From: Alphaproteobacteria bacterium | GTDB taxonomy: Bacteria > Pseudomonadota > Alphaproteobacteria > SMXQ01 | Reading direction: 5' to 3' | Assembly (NCBI GenBank): GCA_035493495.1 | Contig: DATJIG010000257.1 | Location: 6,698-70,697 of the forward strand | DNA: 64,000 nucleotides | Shown: positions 30,572 through 40,238 of the stretch, piece by piece | How positions within the stretch are numbered: the stretch's first letter is position 1 | Layout: each line of letters starts with the position of its first letter | Translations under genes and position numbers: made by a program | The notes under the pieces: generated by a model | The model's input: the letters and a program-made list of their open reading frames with translations, nothing else | Databases searched by the model: none | What the model was told of the DNA's origin: nothing

Positions 30572-30591
30572 GGCCGATTCCCGAATCGGCC
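30572..30591. promoter_or_regulatory. 20-bp perfect palindrome GGCCGATTC-CC-GAATCGGCC between the porin-2 upstream region and the kinase-like gene 3' end
   Basis: Two 9-bp arms with a 2-nt spacer (too tight for an RNA loop, so a protein-binding site is more likely); the half-site GGCCGATT recurs immediately 3'. Confidence 0.3.
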
Positions 30592-30681
30592 GATTGCTGC
30601 TACTTCATTCCTTTCCGGGTTCGGCGGGCGCGTCTTGTTTCGGTCTTCGCATAGACCGATTTGCGACACGCGGCAGCGCGA

Positions 30682-31740
30682 TCAGGAGGTCCGGTTGGTG
30701 AACCGTGCGTTGCCGAGGCCGGTGCCGATCGTCAGCACGCCCCAGTGCTTGACGTCTTTCATGGACGGCACCTCGCTCAATCCCTGCACGACGGCGTCGT
30801 TGTGCATGACGACGACGGTCGGGTGTTCGCCGATCTCCGGAATTTCTTCCTGAATCTCTTCTGGCAGGTTGAAGCGGTTGCTCTCCCAGTTACCGGGCAG
30901 ATTCTGTCCACCGCGTTCGATCGACCCGTCCTCGTTGACGATGCCGGGACATCCGAGCCCGATGAAGGGCGCGAGCTTCATCTTTTCGGATTTGGCGTGA
31001 TCGATGAGTTTACGCAGCATCTTGATCAGGCGGGCGACGGCCTCCTTGCGGCCTGGCTCGTCGTCGGCGTGGCGCCAGCGCTCGGATTCGACGACGCGAC
31101 TTTCGGACAGGTCGACTTCCTTCTTCAGGCGGAGTTCGACGATGCCGGCACGAATGTTGGTTCCGCCCACGTCGATCGCGAGGATCGAGTCGTGGCCGGA
31201 GAAAATCCATGGCGGCGCGAGCTGCGCCGCGCCGAGAAGGCCGGCCTGATCCGGATCGCTGCGGATCGGCGTCAGATCGACGTTCTTGCCATCGCCCTTG
31301 AGTAGAACCGCAGTGCGCCCGATCACGAGTTCGCCGATCCGTCCGCTGCGAAAGCCGCCGCCGATGACGATCCGCTCGGTTCCTTTCCAGTCTTTGAGAG
31401 TGAGGAATTTCTTGATAACCGCTGCGAGGTCGTTGGCGAAATCCTCGATTGCCGTGTGGACAAGGCCCGCGGCTTCGAGGTTGTCGGATTCGAGGAGCAC
31501 TTTCTCGAGATGTTTGCGATCGACATCCTTGAGTTCGCGCAGCGAATCGCCTTCGAGGCGACGCAGGCGTTTGCGCCATTCCTCCAGGATCGTGGCGAAT
31601 GCCTGCTTATTCGCGCGATCTCCGAGGAATCCATCCCCACTTTTCAACTCGGCATTGTAAGTGTCGACGGTGACCGCTGGGAGGGTGACAGCGCCGTGTG
31701 GTATCAGCGAGGGAGACTTCTTGATCGTAGCGTTCGCCAT
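30682..31740 (-). CDS. ROK/glucokinase-like ASKHA sugar-kinase homolog with apparently circularly permuted motif order
   Basis: The C-terminal half carries the phosphate-1 motif AIDVGGTNIRAGIV, an NDA-like connect motif (MHNDAVVQGLSE) and a phosphate-2-like motif (LTIGTGLG), after which the protein ends. The N-terminal half carries the adenosine motif (ERIVIGGGF) and the usual ROK C-terminus (DQAGLLGAAQLA). Confidence 0.5.
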   Translation of the reverse strand: MANATIKKSPSLIPHGAVTLPAVTVDTYNAELKSGDGFLGDRANKQAFATILEEWRKRLRRLEGDSLRELKDVDRKHLEKVLLESDNLEAAGLVHTAIEDFANDLAAVIKKFLTLKDWKGTERIVIGGGFRSGRIGELVIGRTAVLLKGDGKNVDLTPIRSDPDQAGLLGAAQLAPPWIFSGHDSILAIDVGGTNIRAGIVELRLKKEVDLSESRVVESERWRHADDEPGRKEAVARLIKMLRKLIDHAKSEKMKLAPFIGLGCPGIVNEDGSIERGGQNLPGNWESNRFNLPEEIQEEIPEIGEHPTVVVMHNDAVVQGLSEVPSMKDVKHWGVLTIGTGLGNARFTNRTS

Positions 31741-32111
31741 GGATTTCCTGGCCTATGCATCCCGTATGCGTGCCTGAAGGCCGCCGCGCGCCGCATCGCG
31801 GTCGAACGTCAGTCTTGGCTTTATTGCCTTCGTCTGAGTCTGAGCTGATGCTGATGTTCGCCCGCGAGCAGATCGCAGTCGCGCGCGAACCCGAGGATTG
31901 CAGTCGGTCGCCACGGCTCCCACCCCTGGAGAGCGGACAGGCGGTGGTCCGCAGTTCCCTGATGATCCGCTCCGACAGCTCCACCCGCGGCTCCCATCGT
32001 GTCACACACAACGGCAAAGATGATCGATGGTTCCGGGATGGACGGCGCGGGGCGCTCCCTACCTCGGATGCAGTGAGGAGCGCGCGTCCGTCGAGCGGCG
32101 AGTCGGTACGG

Positions 32112-32894
32112 TTAGGCCGGTACGGCCTCGATTGTCGCCACGTCGATGGTGAAACTGCCGTCGTCAGCGATGGCGAAGTGACGAACGACGTCGCTCGACA
32201 TTTTTGTCTGCAGAGCGCGGATTGCGTCGGCTTGCACGGCCGGAGTGCGCTGCCGCGCGATCCACGCCGAATAATCGAGCGGAAGACGCCGCATCGTCAC
32301 CGCCCCGGGGCGGAATCCCGCGTCACGCAGCATGGCCGTCCATTCCGCGACCGAGTAGTCGCGCACGTGGGATGGATCGCGCAGGAGCTCGATGCCCTGG
32401 AGGTAGGTGTCGAGCAGGGGATCCGCGGGCGCGACGCAATCGACGAAGGCGGCGATCCCATCCGGCTTGATGACGCGCCTCGCCTCCCGGAGCGCCGCCG
32501 GCACATCCCGCCAGTGATGGGCACTGAAGCGCGTCATCACGACGGCGAACGCGCGGTCAGAGAACGGCAGCGATTCCACCGCGCCCTGACGCGTCGTCAC
32601 GTTGGTGAGGCCGCGCTTCGTGGCTTCGGCCGCGACCGCGGTGAGCATCTCGGACGACAGGTCGTAGGCGATGACCTCGCGCACATGGGGCGCGAGGTGG
32701 AACGCGACATGCCCGCCACCGCAACCGAGATCGAGCGCGCGTGCATCGGCTTGGACGCGGACAATCGCCACGAGGTGCTTCAGGTCCTCGCCCTGGGCGT
32801 GGACCGGGCTTTCGACATAGGCCGCGGCCTGGGGGCCAAACTGGCCCGTTACCAAAGTTTCCTGCGTCGGGGTCGCACGGGGGCGGTCAGTCAT
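32112..32894 (-). CDS. Class I SAM-dependent methyltransferase (UbiE/Methyltransf_11-like)
   Basis: Motif I LDLGCGGGHVAFHLA; post-I acidic residue. Confidence 0.8.
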   Translation of the reverse strand: MTDRPRATPTQETLVTGQFGPQAAAYVESPVHAQGEDLKHLVAIVRVQADARALDLGCGGGHVAFHLAPHVREVIAYDLSSEMLTAVAAEATKRGLTNVTTRQGAVESLPFSDRAFAVVMTRFSAHHWRDVPAALREARRVIKPDGIAAFVDCVAPADPLLDTYLQGIELLRDPSHVRDYSVAEWTAMLRDAGFRPGAVTMRRLPLDYSAWIARQRTPAVQADAIRALQTKMSSDVVRHFAIADDGSFTIDVATIEAVPA

Positions 32895-33021
32895 CGGGAT
32901 CTCCTTGGCCGATCATGCCTCAGCCGGAGGGCAAAGGCGCCTCAGATGATCGGGCGGATAACGGGTATCAGCACAACTATGCTGGTACTAGAATGATAAA
33001 TATCCTGGTATAAATAGATCC

Positions 33022-33822
33022 ATGATCCTGCCGAACGACCTTCAGCGCCAAGAACTGGGGGATTTTCTTCGCGCCCAGCGTGCCCGCCTGACCCCCGAAG
33101 CCTTCGGGTTTCGCGGCGGGCGCCGCCGGACTCCCGGGCTCCGCCGCGAGGAAGTGGCCCAGCTCTGCGGCATGAGCGCCACCTGGTACACCTGGATCGA
33201 GCAGGGGCGCGACGTCTCGGCCTCGCCCTCCGCCCTCGCCCGCCTCGCCCGTATCCTCGGCTTGTCGACGGCCGAACGCTCGTATCTGTTCGCGCTCGCC
33301 GGCAAGGCCGACCCCTCGTCCTCCTTCGATTCGAGCAACGACGTGCCGGCGGCGGTGATCGATGCTCTCACCGCGATCGCCCTCCCCGCCTACGTGCTCG
33401 ACCGCACGTGGACGGCCCGCGCCTGGAACGCGCGCGCTGAACGTCTGTTCGTCGGCTGGCTCGACGGATCGAATGCGGCGATCGGCGGAGACCGAAACCT
33501 GCTGCGCTACGTGTTCCTCTCCGATCTCGCGCGGAAACTCATTCGCGACTGGCCCGAGCGCGCGAAGCGCGTCGTCGCCGAGTTCCGCGCTGACGCCGGA
33601 CGCCATCTCGACGATCCGCCGATCAAGTCATTGATCGACGACTTGGCGGCGAGCAGCGAAACCTTCGCGCGGCTATGGACCGAGCACGCAGTGCTCGGTC
33701 GTGAGGGCGGCGAACGCACGTTCGATCATCCACTCGACGGACTGCTCCGTTACGAGCAAATCACGTTGGCCGTCGCGGCGCAGCCTGAGTTCAAGGTGGT
33801 GATGCTGGCGGAACGCGCGTAA
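33022..33822 (+). CDS. MmyB-like transcriptional regulator (XRE-type HTH plus MmyB ligand-binding domain)
   Basis: N-terminal LGDFLRAQRARLTPE...RREEVAQLCGMSATWYTWIEQG and C-terminal MmyB-family region. Confidence 0.75.
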   Translation: MILPNDLQRQELGDFLRAQRARLTPEAFGFRGGRRRTPGLRREEVAQLCGMSATWYTWIEQGRDVSASPSALARLARILGLSTAERSYLFALAGKADPSSSFDSSNDVPAAVIDALTAIALPAYVLDRTWTARAWNARAERLFVGWLDGSNAAIGGDRNLLRYVFLSDLARKLIRDWPERAKRVVAEFRADAGRHLDDPPIKSLIDDLAASSETFARLWTEHAVLGREGGERTFDHPLDGLLRYEQITLAVAAQPEFKVVMLAERA

Positions 33823-33833
33823 CGGCGCGTGGT

Positions 33834-34196
33834 CTACGCCTTTGCGACCATCCGCCCGAGCGGCCGGCCGGCGAAGATGTGGAGATGGAAGTGCGGCACT
33901 TCCTGTCCGCCATCGACCCCGGTGTTGGCGAGCACGCGGTAGCCCTTCTTATCGGCGCCGAGATCGCGCGCAATCTTGCCGGCCGCGCGGACGAAGCAGG
34001 CGATTTCATCGTCCGAAGCCGTGGCCGAAAAATCGTCCCACGAGACGTACGCGCCTTTCGGGATCACAAGGACGTGGATCGGCGCCTGCGGGTTGATGTC
34101 GTGGAATGCGAGAACGTGTTCGTCCTCGTAGACCTTCTTGCACGGTATCTCGCCGCGCAGAATCTTCGCGAAGACGTTGTTCGGATCGTAAGCCAT
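33834..34196 (-). CDS. HIT-family (histidine triad) nucleotide hydrolase
   Basis: HVLVIP...VPHFHLHIF histidine triad; ORF-track extension trimmed to MAYDPNNVFAKIL. Confidence 0.8.
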   Translation of the reverse strand: MAYDPNNVFAKILRGEIPCKKVYEDEHVLAFHDINPQAPIHVLVIPKGAYVSWDDFSATASDDEIACFVRAAGKIARDLGADKKGYRVLANTGVDGGQEVPHFHLHIFAGRPLGRMVAKA

Positions 34197-34237
34197 GCGA
34201 CGCTCCCGTTGTGACGCCATCGATTCGCACGGCCGCG

Positions 34238-34618
34238 CTACGAGTAGCTTTTCTTGCGCGACGCCTTTTCGGCTACTCCCGAACGACCCTCGCGCCGCGC
34301 GAGCTCCTTCCAGACGTCGTTCGGTTTCACGCCGCGGGCCGCCCACAGCACGAGCATGTGATAGACGACGTCGGCGCACTCCATCACCAGCGCCTTCCGC
34401 TTTCCGTAGGCTCCCTCGATCACCGCCTCAACGGATTCTTCGCCGAACTTCTGCGCGATCTTGGCGGGCCCGCGGGAGAACAGCCGCGCGGTGTGCGAAG
34501 TCGAGGGATCGGCCTTCTTGCGCGACAGAATGACGCGGTAGAGGCGATCGAGGATCTCGGCGTCGACGGAGGAGGGGCGCTTTGTCTTCGTCTTTTTAGG
34601 GCTGGCTTTGCGCGGCAT
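34238..34618 (-). CDS. hisE: Phosphoribosyl-ATP pyrophosphatase
   Basis: MazG-like fold; conserved [17 protein letters not shown] block. Confidence 0.9.
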   Translation of the reverse strand: MPRKASPKKTKTKRPSSVDAEILDRLYRVILSRKKADPSTSHTARLFSRGPAKIAQKFGEESVEAVIEGAYGKRKALVMECADVVYHMLVLWAARGVKPNDVWKELARREGRSGVAEKASRKKSYS

Positions 34619-34705
34619 GGGGTTTCCTTTCCGCCTTGCTACCAGATCGCAACGACAGCGGGAAGACGGGAGCGGGGAGGGATGGCGCGGAGCCGGGCAG
34701 GGGCC

Positions 34706-35491
34706 TTAGGCGGCGACGCCCGCAGCCGCGGTGTCCATGCGGACGGCGATGCCGGAGCGCCGCATGTACTCCTTGGCTTCGAGCACGGAATGCTGGCCGA
34801 AGTGGAAGATCGACGCGGCCAGTACGGCGCTCGCATGGCCGTCCTTGATGCCGGCCGCAAGATCCTCGAGCGAGCCGACACCGCCGGAGGCGATCACCGG
34901 AATCGGCACGGCATCGGCGACGGCGCGGGTTAGCGCAAGGTCGAAGCCCGAACGCGTGCCGTCACGATCCATCGATGTCAGGAGGATTTCACCGGCACCG
35001 AGCGCCGCCATGCGCTTCGCCCACTCGACGGCGTCGAGCCCGGTGGTGCGACGACCGCCGTGGGTGAAGATCTCCCATTTTCCCGGGCCGGTCGCCTTGG
35101 CATCGAGCGCCACAACGATGCACTGGCTGCCGAACTTGGCCGCCGCCTCGCCGACAAATTCGGGGCGCGCGACCGCCGCGGTGTTGATCGACACCTTGTC
35201 GGCGCCGGCGAGCAGCAACTTGCGGATGTCGTCGTTCGTTCGCACGCCTCCGCCGACGGTGAGCGGCATGAAGCACTGCTCGGCTGTGGCGCGCACCACG
35301 TCGAGCAGCGTATCGCGGTTCTCGTGGCTCGCGGCGATGTCGAGGAAGCACAGCTCGTCGGCGCCCGCGCGATCGTACACGCGCGCCTGCTCGACCGGAT
35401 CACCGGCGTCCTTGAGGTTGACGAAGTTCACGCCCTTGACGACGCGGCCGTCCTTGACGTCGAGGCAGGGGATGATGCGGGCTTTGAGCAT
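34706..35491 (-). CDS. hisF: Imidazole glycerol phosphate synthase cyclase subunit
   Basis: [23 protein letters not shown]; (beta/alpha)8 HisF. Confidence 0.95.
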   Translation of the reverse strand: MLKARIIPCLDVKDGRVVKGVNFVNLKDAGDPVEQARVYDRAGADELCFLDIAASHENRDTLLDVVRATAEQCFMPLTVGGGVRTNDDIRKLLLAGADKVSINTAAVARPEFVGEAAAKFGSQCIVVALDAKATGPGKWEIFTHGGRRTTGLDAVEWAKRMAALGAGEILLTSMDRDGTRSGFDLALTRAVADAVPIPVIASGGVGSLEDLAAGIKDGHASAVLAASIFHFGQHSVLEAKEYMRRSGIAVRMDTAAAGVAA

Positions 35492-35498
35492 GATCGGG

Positions 35499-36233
35499 TC
35501 AGGACGCCATAAGCTTGAGCGCGGCCTTGGCCTCGATGCGCCCGTCGTAGATCGCCCGGCCGGCGATCACGCCCTCTATGCCGGCGCCCGCTTCGCGCTT
35601 GAGCTCCTCGAGATCGGACAGCGACGACACGCCGCCTGAGGCGATCACCGGGGTCGTCAGCGCGAAGGCAAGATCGACCGTCGCCTCGACGTTGAGGCCG
35701 GCGGAGGTGCCGTCGCGGTTGATATCGGTGTAGATGATGGCCGCAACGCCCGAGTCCTCAAACTTGAGCGCGAGATCAAGCGCCTTGACCTCGGAGGTCT
35801 GGGCCCAGCCCTCAACCGCAACGAGTCCGTCGCGCGCGTCGATTCCGACGACGATGCGGCCGGGGAACTGCTTGCAGGCATCCTTCACCAGTTGCGGGTC
35901 GCGGAGTGCGACGGTGCCGAGGATGACGCGCTTCACGCCCTTCTTGAGCCACGTCGCGATGGTCGCAAGATCGCGGATGCCGCCGCCGAGCTGCACCGGG
36001 ATCGCGACCGACCTGAGGATGTTCGACACCGCGGTGTCGTTGACCGGCTTGCCTTCGACCGCGCCATTGAGATCGACGAGATGCAGGTACTGAAATCCGG
36101 TGGCCTCGAAGGCCTTGGCCTGGGCCGCAGGGTCGGTGTTGTAGACGGTGGCCATATCCATGTCGCCTTTGAACAGGCGCACGCACTGGCCGTCCTTGAG
36201 ATCGATCGCGGGAAACAGAATCACGGACGCCAT
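35499..36233 (-). CDS. hisA: ProFAR isomerase
   Basis: [16 protein letters not shown]...; overlaps the hisH stop. Confidence 0.95.
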   Translation of the reverse strand: MASVILFPAIDLKDGQCVRLFKGDMDMATVYNTDPAAQAKAFEATGFQYLHLVDLNGAVEGKPVNDTAVSNILRSVAIPVQLGGGIRDLATIATWLKKGVKRVILGTVALRDPQLVKDACKQFPGRIVVGIDARDGLVAVEGWAQTSEVKALDLALKFEDSGVAAIIYTDINRDGTSAGLNVEATVDLAFALTTPVIASGGVSSLSDLEELKREAGAGIEGVIAGRAIYDGRIEAKAALKLMAS

Positions 36234-36871
36234 CCGAGGAAATTGGAAATCAGCGCGAGTCCCACCGCCTGGCTCTTCTCGGGGTGAAACTGCGTGCCGG
36301 CGATGTTGTCGCGCGCCACCGTGGCGACGATCGAGCCGCCGTATTCGACGGTCGCGATGGCATCCTCCGGGTTGTCGGGCGACAACGCAAAGGAATGCAC
36401 AAAGTAGGCGTGCGATCCCGGCGCGAGGCCCGCGAGCAGGGGATGCGAGGGCGCCTTCAGCCGCAGGTCGTTCCAGCCCATATGCGGCACCTTGAGAGAG
36501 CGATCCTTGGGTTCAATCGCGGCGACGGTGCCGCCGATCCAGCCCAGGCCCTTGTGCTCGCCATGCTCGAGCCCGCGGGTGGCCATTAACTGCATGCCGA
36601 CACAGATGCCGAGGAATGGCACGCCCCGCTTCCTCACCGATTCCTCGAGCGCTTCGACCATTCCGGGCAGAGCGTCGAGGCCGGCGCGGCAATCGCCGAA
36701 CGCGCCGACACCGGGAAGCACGATGCGGTCGGCCCGCGCGATGTCTTCGGCCCGCGCCGTAACGGCGACGGCGACGGCCACGCCGCGATCACTCGCGGCG
36801 CGCTCGAACGCCTTCGCCGCGGAACGCAGATTGCCCGAACCGTAATCGACGATGGCGAGACGTTCGGCCAT
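36221..36871 (-). CDS. hisH: Imidazole glycerol phosphate synthase glutamine amidotransferase subunit
   Basis: [13 protein letters not shown]...GICVGMQL; class-I GATase triad. Start separated from the ORF-track fusion with the upstream frame. Confidence 0.95.
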   Translation of the reverse strand: MAERLAIVDYGSGNLRSAAKAFERAASDRGVAVAVAVTARAEDIARADRIVLPGVGAFGDCRAGLDALPGMVEALEESVRKRGVPFLGICVGMQLMATRGLEHGEHKGLGWIGGTVAAIEPKDRSLKVPHMGWNDLRLKAPSHPLLAGLAPGSHAYFVHSFALSPDNPEDAIATVEYGGSIVATVARDNIAGTQFHPEKSQAVGLALISNFLGWRP

Positions 36872-37305
36872 CAGACGCCCGCGAGCGGAAGAGGAGGGGG
36901 AGCAACCGGCGCGGTACGCGGGCGCGGCACAGCCATGTGCGTGACCGTCGCATCGAGATATCTTGCAAGCGCCTCGTCGATATTCCGTCCCGCTACGACG
37001 CCGGCATCGCGGAACCCACGGCGATCGAGCGAGCGGCGGCGCCAGTCGTTGCCGTGAGCGCCGATCAGCACGGCGACTGCGAGTGAGATCACCGCCTGTG
37101 TCACAGGGGGAATGCGCGCGGCATCCAGGACGACGCTGATAATTAGATCGAGCGCGACGAGCGCCACCGTCACGAGCCACATGCGATGCGCCAGCGCCCA
37201 GAGCGGCCCGAAGAAGAACGCCGGCCACGAAAACCCTTCCTTCACCAGGACCGGGTCGGCCTGGTGTCGGGTCGCGGGCGGAACGTGGACCGTGTAGACG
37301 CGCAT
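36871..37305 (-). CDS. DUF2628-family small membrane protein embedded in the his operon
   Basis: [10 protein letters not shown]...[32 protein letters not shown]: two TM helices, the usual alphaproteobacterial hisB-hisH spacer gene. Stop overlaps the hisH start. Confidence 0.6.
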   Translation of the reverse strand: MRVYTVHVPPATRHQADPVLVKEGFSWPAFFFGPLWALAHRMWLVTVALVALDLIISVVLDAARIPPVTQAVISLAVAVLIGAHGNDWRRRSLDRRGFRDAGVVAGRNIDEALARYLDATVTHMAVPRPRTAPVAPPPLPLAGV

Positions 37306-37340
37306 CCTTGAAACGATCGGTTGAACGAGAGGCGGTTGAA

Positions 37341-37940
37341 CTACATCGACCCGCCGAGAACACCCTTGGTCGACGGAATCTGCGCGCCCTTGCGCGGATC
37401 GAGCTCGACCGCCGCGCGCAGCGCCTGGGCGAGTCCCTTGAAGCAGGACTCGATGATGTGGTGCGTGTTCTCGCCGTAGAGATTCTCGACGTGCAGCGTG
37501 ATGCCGCCCGCCTGCGCGAACGCCTGGAACCACTCGTGGAACAGCTCGGTGTCCATGTCGCCAATCTTCGGGCGCGGGAAGCGCACCTTCCAGATCAGAT
37601 ACGGACGGTTCGACGCATCGAGCGAGACGCGCGTCAGCGTCTCGTCCATTGGAACATAGGCGTGGCCATAACGTGTGATGCCCGCGCGATCGCCGAGCGC
37701 CTTCGACACGGCTTCGCCCATGGTGATGCCGGTGTCTTCCGTCGTGTGGTGCTGATCGATATGGAGGTCGCCCTTCGCCTCCAGCGTCAGGTCGATCAGG
37801 CTGTGGCGCGAGAGCTGCTCAAGCATGTGGTCGAGGAAGCCGATGCCTGTCGCGACCTTGTAGACCCCGGTGCCGTCGAGGTTCACGGTCGCGCTGATCG
37901 CGGTTTCCTTGGTCTTGCGCGTGATGGTGGCCTGGCGCAT
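37341..37940 (-). CDS. hisB: Imidazoleglycerol-phosphate dehydratase
   Basis: [10 protein letters not shown]...DTHHTTED...HHIIES motifs. Confidence 0.93.
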   Translation of the reverse strand: MRQATITRKTKETAISATVNLDGTGVYKVATGIGFLDHMLEQLSRHSLIDLTLEAKGDLHIDQHHTTEDTGITMGEAVSKALGDRAGITRYGHAYVPMDETLTRVSLDASNRPYLIWKVRFPRPKIGDMDTELFHEWFQAFAQAGGITLHVENLYGENTHHIIESCFKGLAQALRAAVELDPRKGAQIPSTKGVLGGSM

Positions 37941-38109
37941 GGCGACGTCCGGAGATCGATTTGGGGTGCGGCGGATGTCCCTCCCGCCCGGACCCGTCAT
38001 TTAGCAGGAAGAGGCGGAAATCGAAAGGAATTCCGGCTTTTGCCGAGCCCCGGCAGAGGCGGTATGCGGCAGGCGCGGAGCCTATTCGGCGCGATTTTCA
38101 GCCGAATCC

Positions 38110-38478
38110 TCAGCCGTGCGGCGGTTCGGGAGCCTTCAGTAGCCCCAAAGCCGCGTCCAAAGCCGCATCGTCCATCTCGCCGATGCACTCCGCCAGCCGG
38201 TTGGCGAGCTCGGTCGCCTTCGGAGAAAGGCCGGAGGTGTCGACCACCACGCGGGGGTGGGAAATCGCCGCGAGGCGGTGAATTTCCTCGGCTTCGTCCC
38301 AGATCACGTTGAAGAAGCTGCAAATCTGGCGCAGCAGCACCGGTGTCGGGCGGCCGCGGTGGCCATGCTCGAGCGCCGACAGGTAGGCCGGCGAGATCTG
38401 GAGATCGTGGGCCATGCGCTTGAGCGTGATGCCGCGGGCGCGTCGAAGCTCGCGCATTTTGGCGCCAAACGGCGTCAT
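38110..38478 (-). CDS. XRE-family helix-turn-helix transcriptional regulator
   Basis: LRRARGITLKRMAHDLQISPAYLSALEHG HTH_3; ATGA overlap with the upstream Smr gene. Confidence 0.7.
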   Translation of the reverse strand: MTPFGAKMRELRRARGITLKRMAHDLQISPAYLSALEHGHRGRPTPVLLRQICSFFNVIWDEAEEIHRLAAISHPRVVVDTSGLSPKATELANRLAECIGEMDDAALDAALGLLKAPEPPHG

Positions 38479-39029
38479 CGGCCCTCTTTCCGGCGCAGCA
38501 GCACGTAGAACGCGCCCTCGCCGCCGTGGCGCGGCGCGGCCGGCCGCCAAGCGAGGACCGAGCGCGCGAGCGTGCCTTCGCTGAGCCAGCGCGGCAGCTC
38601 GCTCCGCAGCACGCCTTCGCCCCCTTTCATGGTGCCCTTGCCGGTGATCACCAGTGCAATGCGACCGCCGTCGGACGCAAGCCCCGACAGAAAGCGCATC
38701 ACCGCGCGATGGGCCTCGTCGCGCGTCAGCCCGTGGAGATCGAGGCGGTCCGCGACCTCGACCGAGCCGCGCCGCATCCGGCGTTCGGCCGTCCGGTGCA
38801 GTCGCTCCCGTGATTCGGGCATTAGCGGCTTGTGCTCCGCGCGAGGAGCTGATGTCTGGGGCGCGGCGGGAGCAGGGCGCGGCGATTCCTGTTTCCTAGC
38901 ATTCGCCGGTGGCTGCGCCGGTGCGCGCTTTGGTGCTTTGCGGAGCGGATTCACCTGCCCCGCGACATGCGCCCATAGTGCTGCGTCTTCCTCGTCGAGG
39001 ATCGCGTTGCGCCCCGACGCGGCGATCAT
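38475..39029 (-). CDS. Smr-domain protein (MutS2 C-terminal-like nuclease domain)
   Basis: C-terminal LDLHGLTRDEAHRAVMRFL...IALVITGKG Smr motif; start overlaps the mltA stop. Confidence 0.75.
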   Translation of the reverse strand: MIAASGRNAILDEEDAALWAHVAGQVNPLRKAPKRAPAQPPANARKQESPRPAPAAPQTSAPRAEHKPLMPESRERLHRTAERRMRRGSVEVADRLDLHGLTRDEAHRAVMRFLSGLASDGGRIALVITGKGTMKGGEGVLRSELPRWLSEGTLARSVLAWRPAAPRHGGEGAFYVLLRRKEGR

Positions 39030-40234
39030 CGCCGAGCCTCTGTGACCGGAACGACGTCGCGCGGCAGCAGGAAGTAGTAGTTGCCGAACTCGCGCATCAG
39101 CCCGGCACGCTCGCCTGCGGCATGTCCCGTGCCCCAGAAGACGTCGCCGCGCACCGGTCCTGTGATCGCGCCACCGGTGTCCTGCGCGACCACGAGCCGC
39201 TGCGTCTGGAATTCCGGCCGGTCGGGATTTTGCGACGCCACCCAGACCGGAATGCCGAGCGGCACGTATCGGCGATCGACTGCGAGACTGCGACCGGCTG
39301 TCAGCGTCACCCCCTGGGCACCATCGGGTCCTTCGCGCGCCGGTTCTCGCTTGGGCAACGCACGGAAGAACACATAGGAGGGATTCGCCGCCATCACCGC
39401 ATTGGCCGCGGTCGGATTTGCCTCGAGCCAGGCGCGGATCGACTGCATCGAGACGTCGTCCTTCGCGAGCGCGCCACGATCGACAAGCACGCGACCGATA
39501 GCGCGATAGGGATGGCCGTTTTTCGCCGCGTAGCCGACGCGCATCATATCGCCGCTGGCAAGGCGAACGACGCCAGAGCCCTGGATCTGCAGGAAGAACG
39601 CGTCGACCGCGTTGTCGACCCATGCCAGCACCGGCGCGTTGTCACCGAGGCCAGAAGCCTCGATCGCGGCGCGATCGGGATAGGGACGGAACTTGTTGCC
39701 GACGACCCGGCCGATGATCTGTTTTCCGGACAGCGCCGAGTCGAACTCGCTGAGATCGGCGGTCACGAGGTCCTTCGGCATGCCGTAGATCGGAACCGCA
39801 TAACGAGCGGATTTCACCTTCGCGCCATCGAGTTCGATCTCGTAGTAGCCGGTGAACAACCCCTTGGGCTCGGTGTTGTTGGCGGCGCGGTAGGGGCGAA
39901 AACGCTGCGTCAGGAAAGCGCGCGCCGCAGCCTCGTCGCCCGGGGCGAGTCGCGCAGCCTCGGCGCACAAGGGCTGCCAGTCGCGGGCTCGGCCCGCCTC
40001 GGGCAAGGCCTGGCTGAGCACGGCCTCGGCCGGCCGGCGGGCATTCGCGGCGCAGGAGCGGAGGAATGCCGGGATCGCGTCGGCGACCTTGTCGTCCGAC
40101 CAGCCGGGCAGGTCGGTGAATGATACCGGTGCGGCGACGAGCTTGTCAGCCGGACGGGGCACCGGCCTCGGCGCACATCCCGCGATCAGCAACAGGAGGA
40201 GAACGCCGAGGATAACCGCGCTGCGCGAACGCAC
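39026..40234 (-). CDS. mltA: Membrane-bound lytic murein transglycosylase A, lipoprotein
   Basis: MltA and 3D domains. GTG at 40234 gives the canonical signal MRSRSAVILGVLLLLLIAGC; the ORF-track ATG at 40303 is probably an over-extension. Confidence 0.85.
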   Translation of the reverse strand: MRSRSAVILGVLLLLLIAGCAPRPVPRPADKLVAAPVSFTDLPGWSDDKVADAIPAFLRSCAANARRPAEAVLSQALPEAGRARDWQPLCAEAARLAPGDEAAARAFLTQRFRPYRAANNTEPKGLFTGYYEIELDGAKVKSARYAVPIYGMPKDLVTADLSEFDSALSGKQIIGRVVGNKFRPYPDRAAIEASGLGDNAPVLAWVDNAVDAFFLQIQGSGVVRLASGDMMRVGYAAKNGHPYRAIGRVLVDRGALAKDDVSMQSIRAWLEANPTAANAVMAANPSYVFFRALPKREPAREGPDGAQGVTLTAGRSLAVDRRYVPLGIPVWVASQNPDRPEFQTQRLVVAQDTGGAITGPVRGDVFWGTGHAAGERAGLMREFGNYYFLLPRDVVPVTEARR

Positions 40235-40238
40235 CGCG

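Noticed and set aside
31607-32017. 136-aa minus-strand ORF inside the 370-bp leader of the ROK-like gene
   Set aside because: It overlaps the kinase-like start, has a low-complexity Arg/Ser/Gly-rich translation and no RBS; likely a chance frame.
36221-37564. 447-aa ORF-track entry fusing hisH with an upstream Arg-rich frame, and similar N-terminal over-extensions (nth to 4543, rph from 12573, comM from 24490, SDR from 26156, mnmG from 58185, ADH to 51449, yyaL to 57094, mltA to 40303)
   Set aside because: Conserved protein N-termini, RBS positions and neighbour-gene stop codons place the true starts downstream. The extensions are compositionally abnormal, and some track starts are non-ATG codons shown as M.
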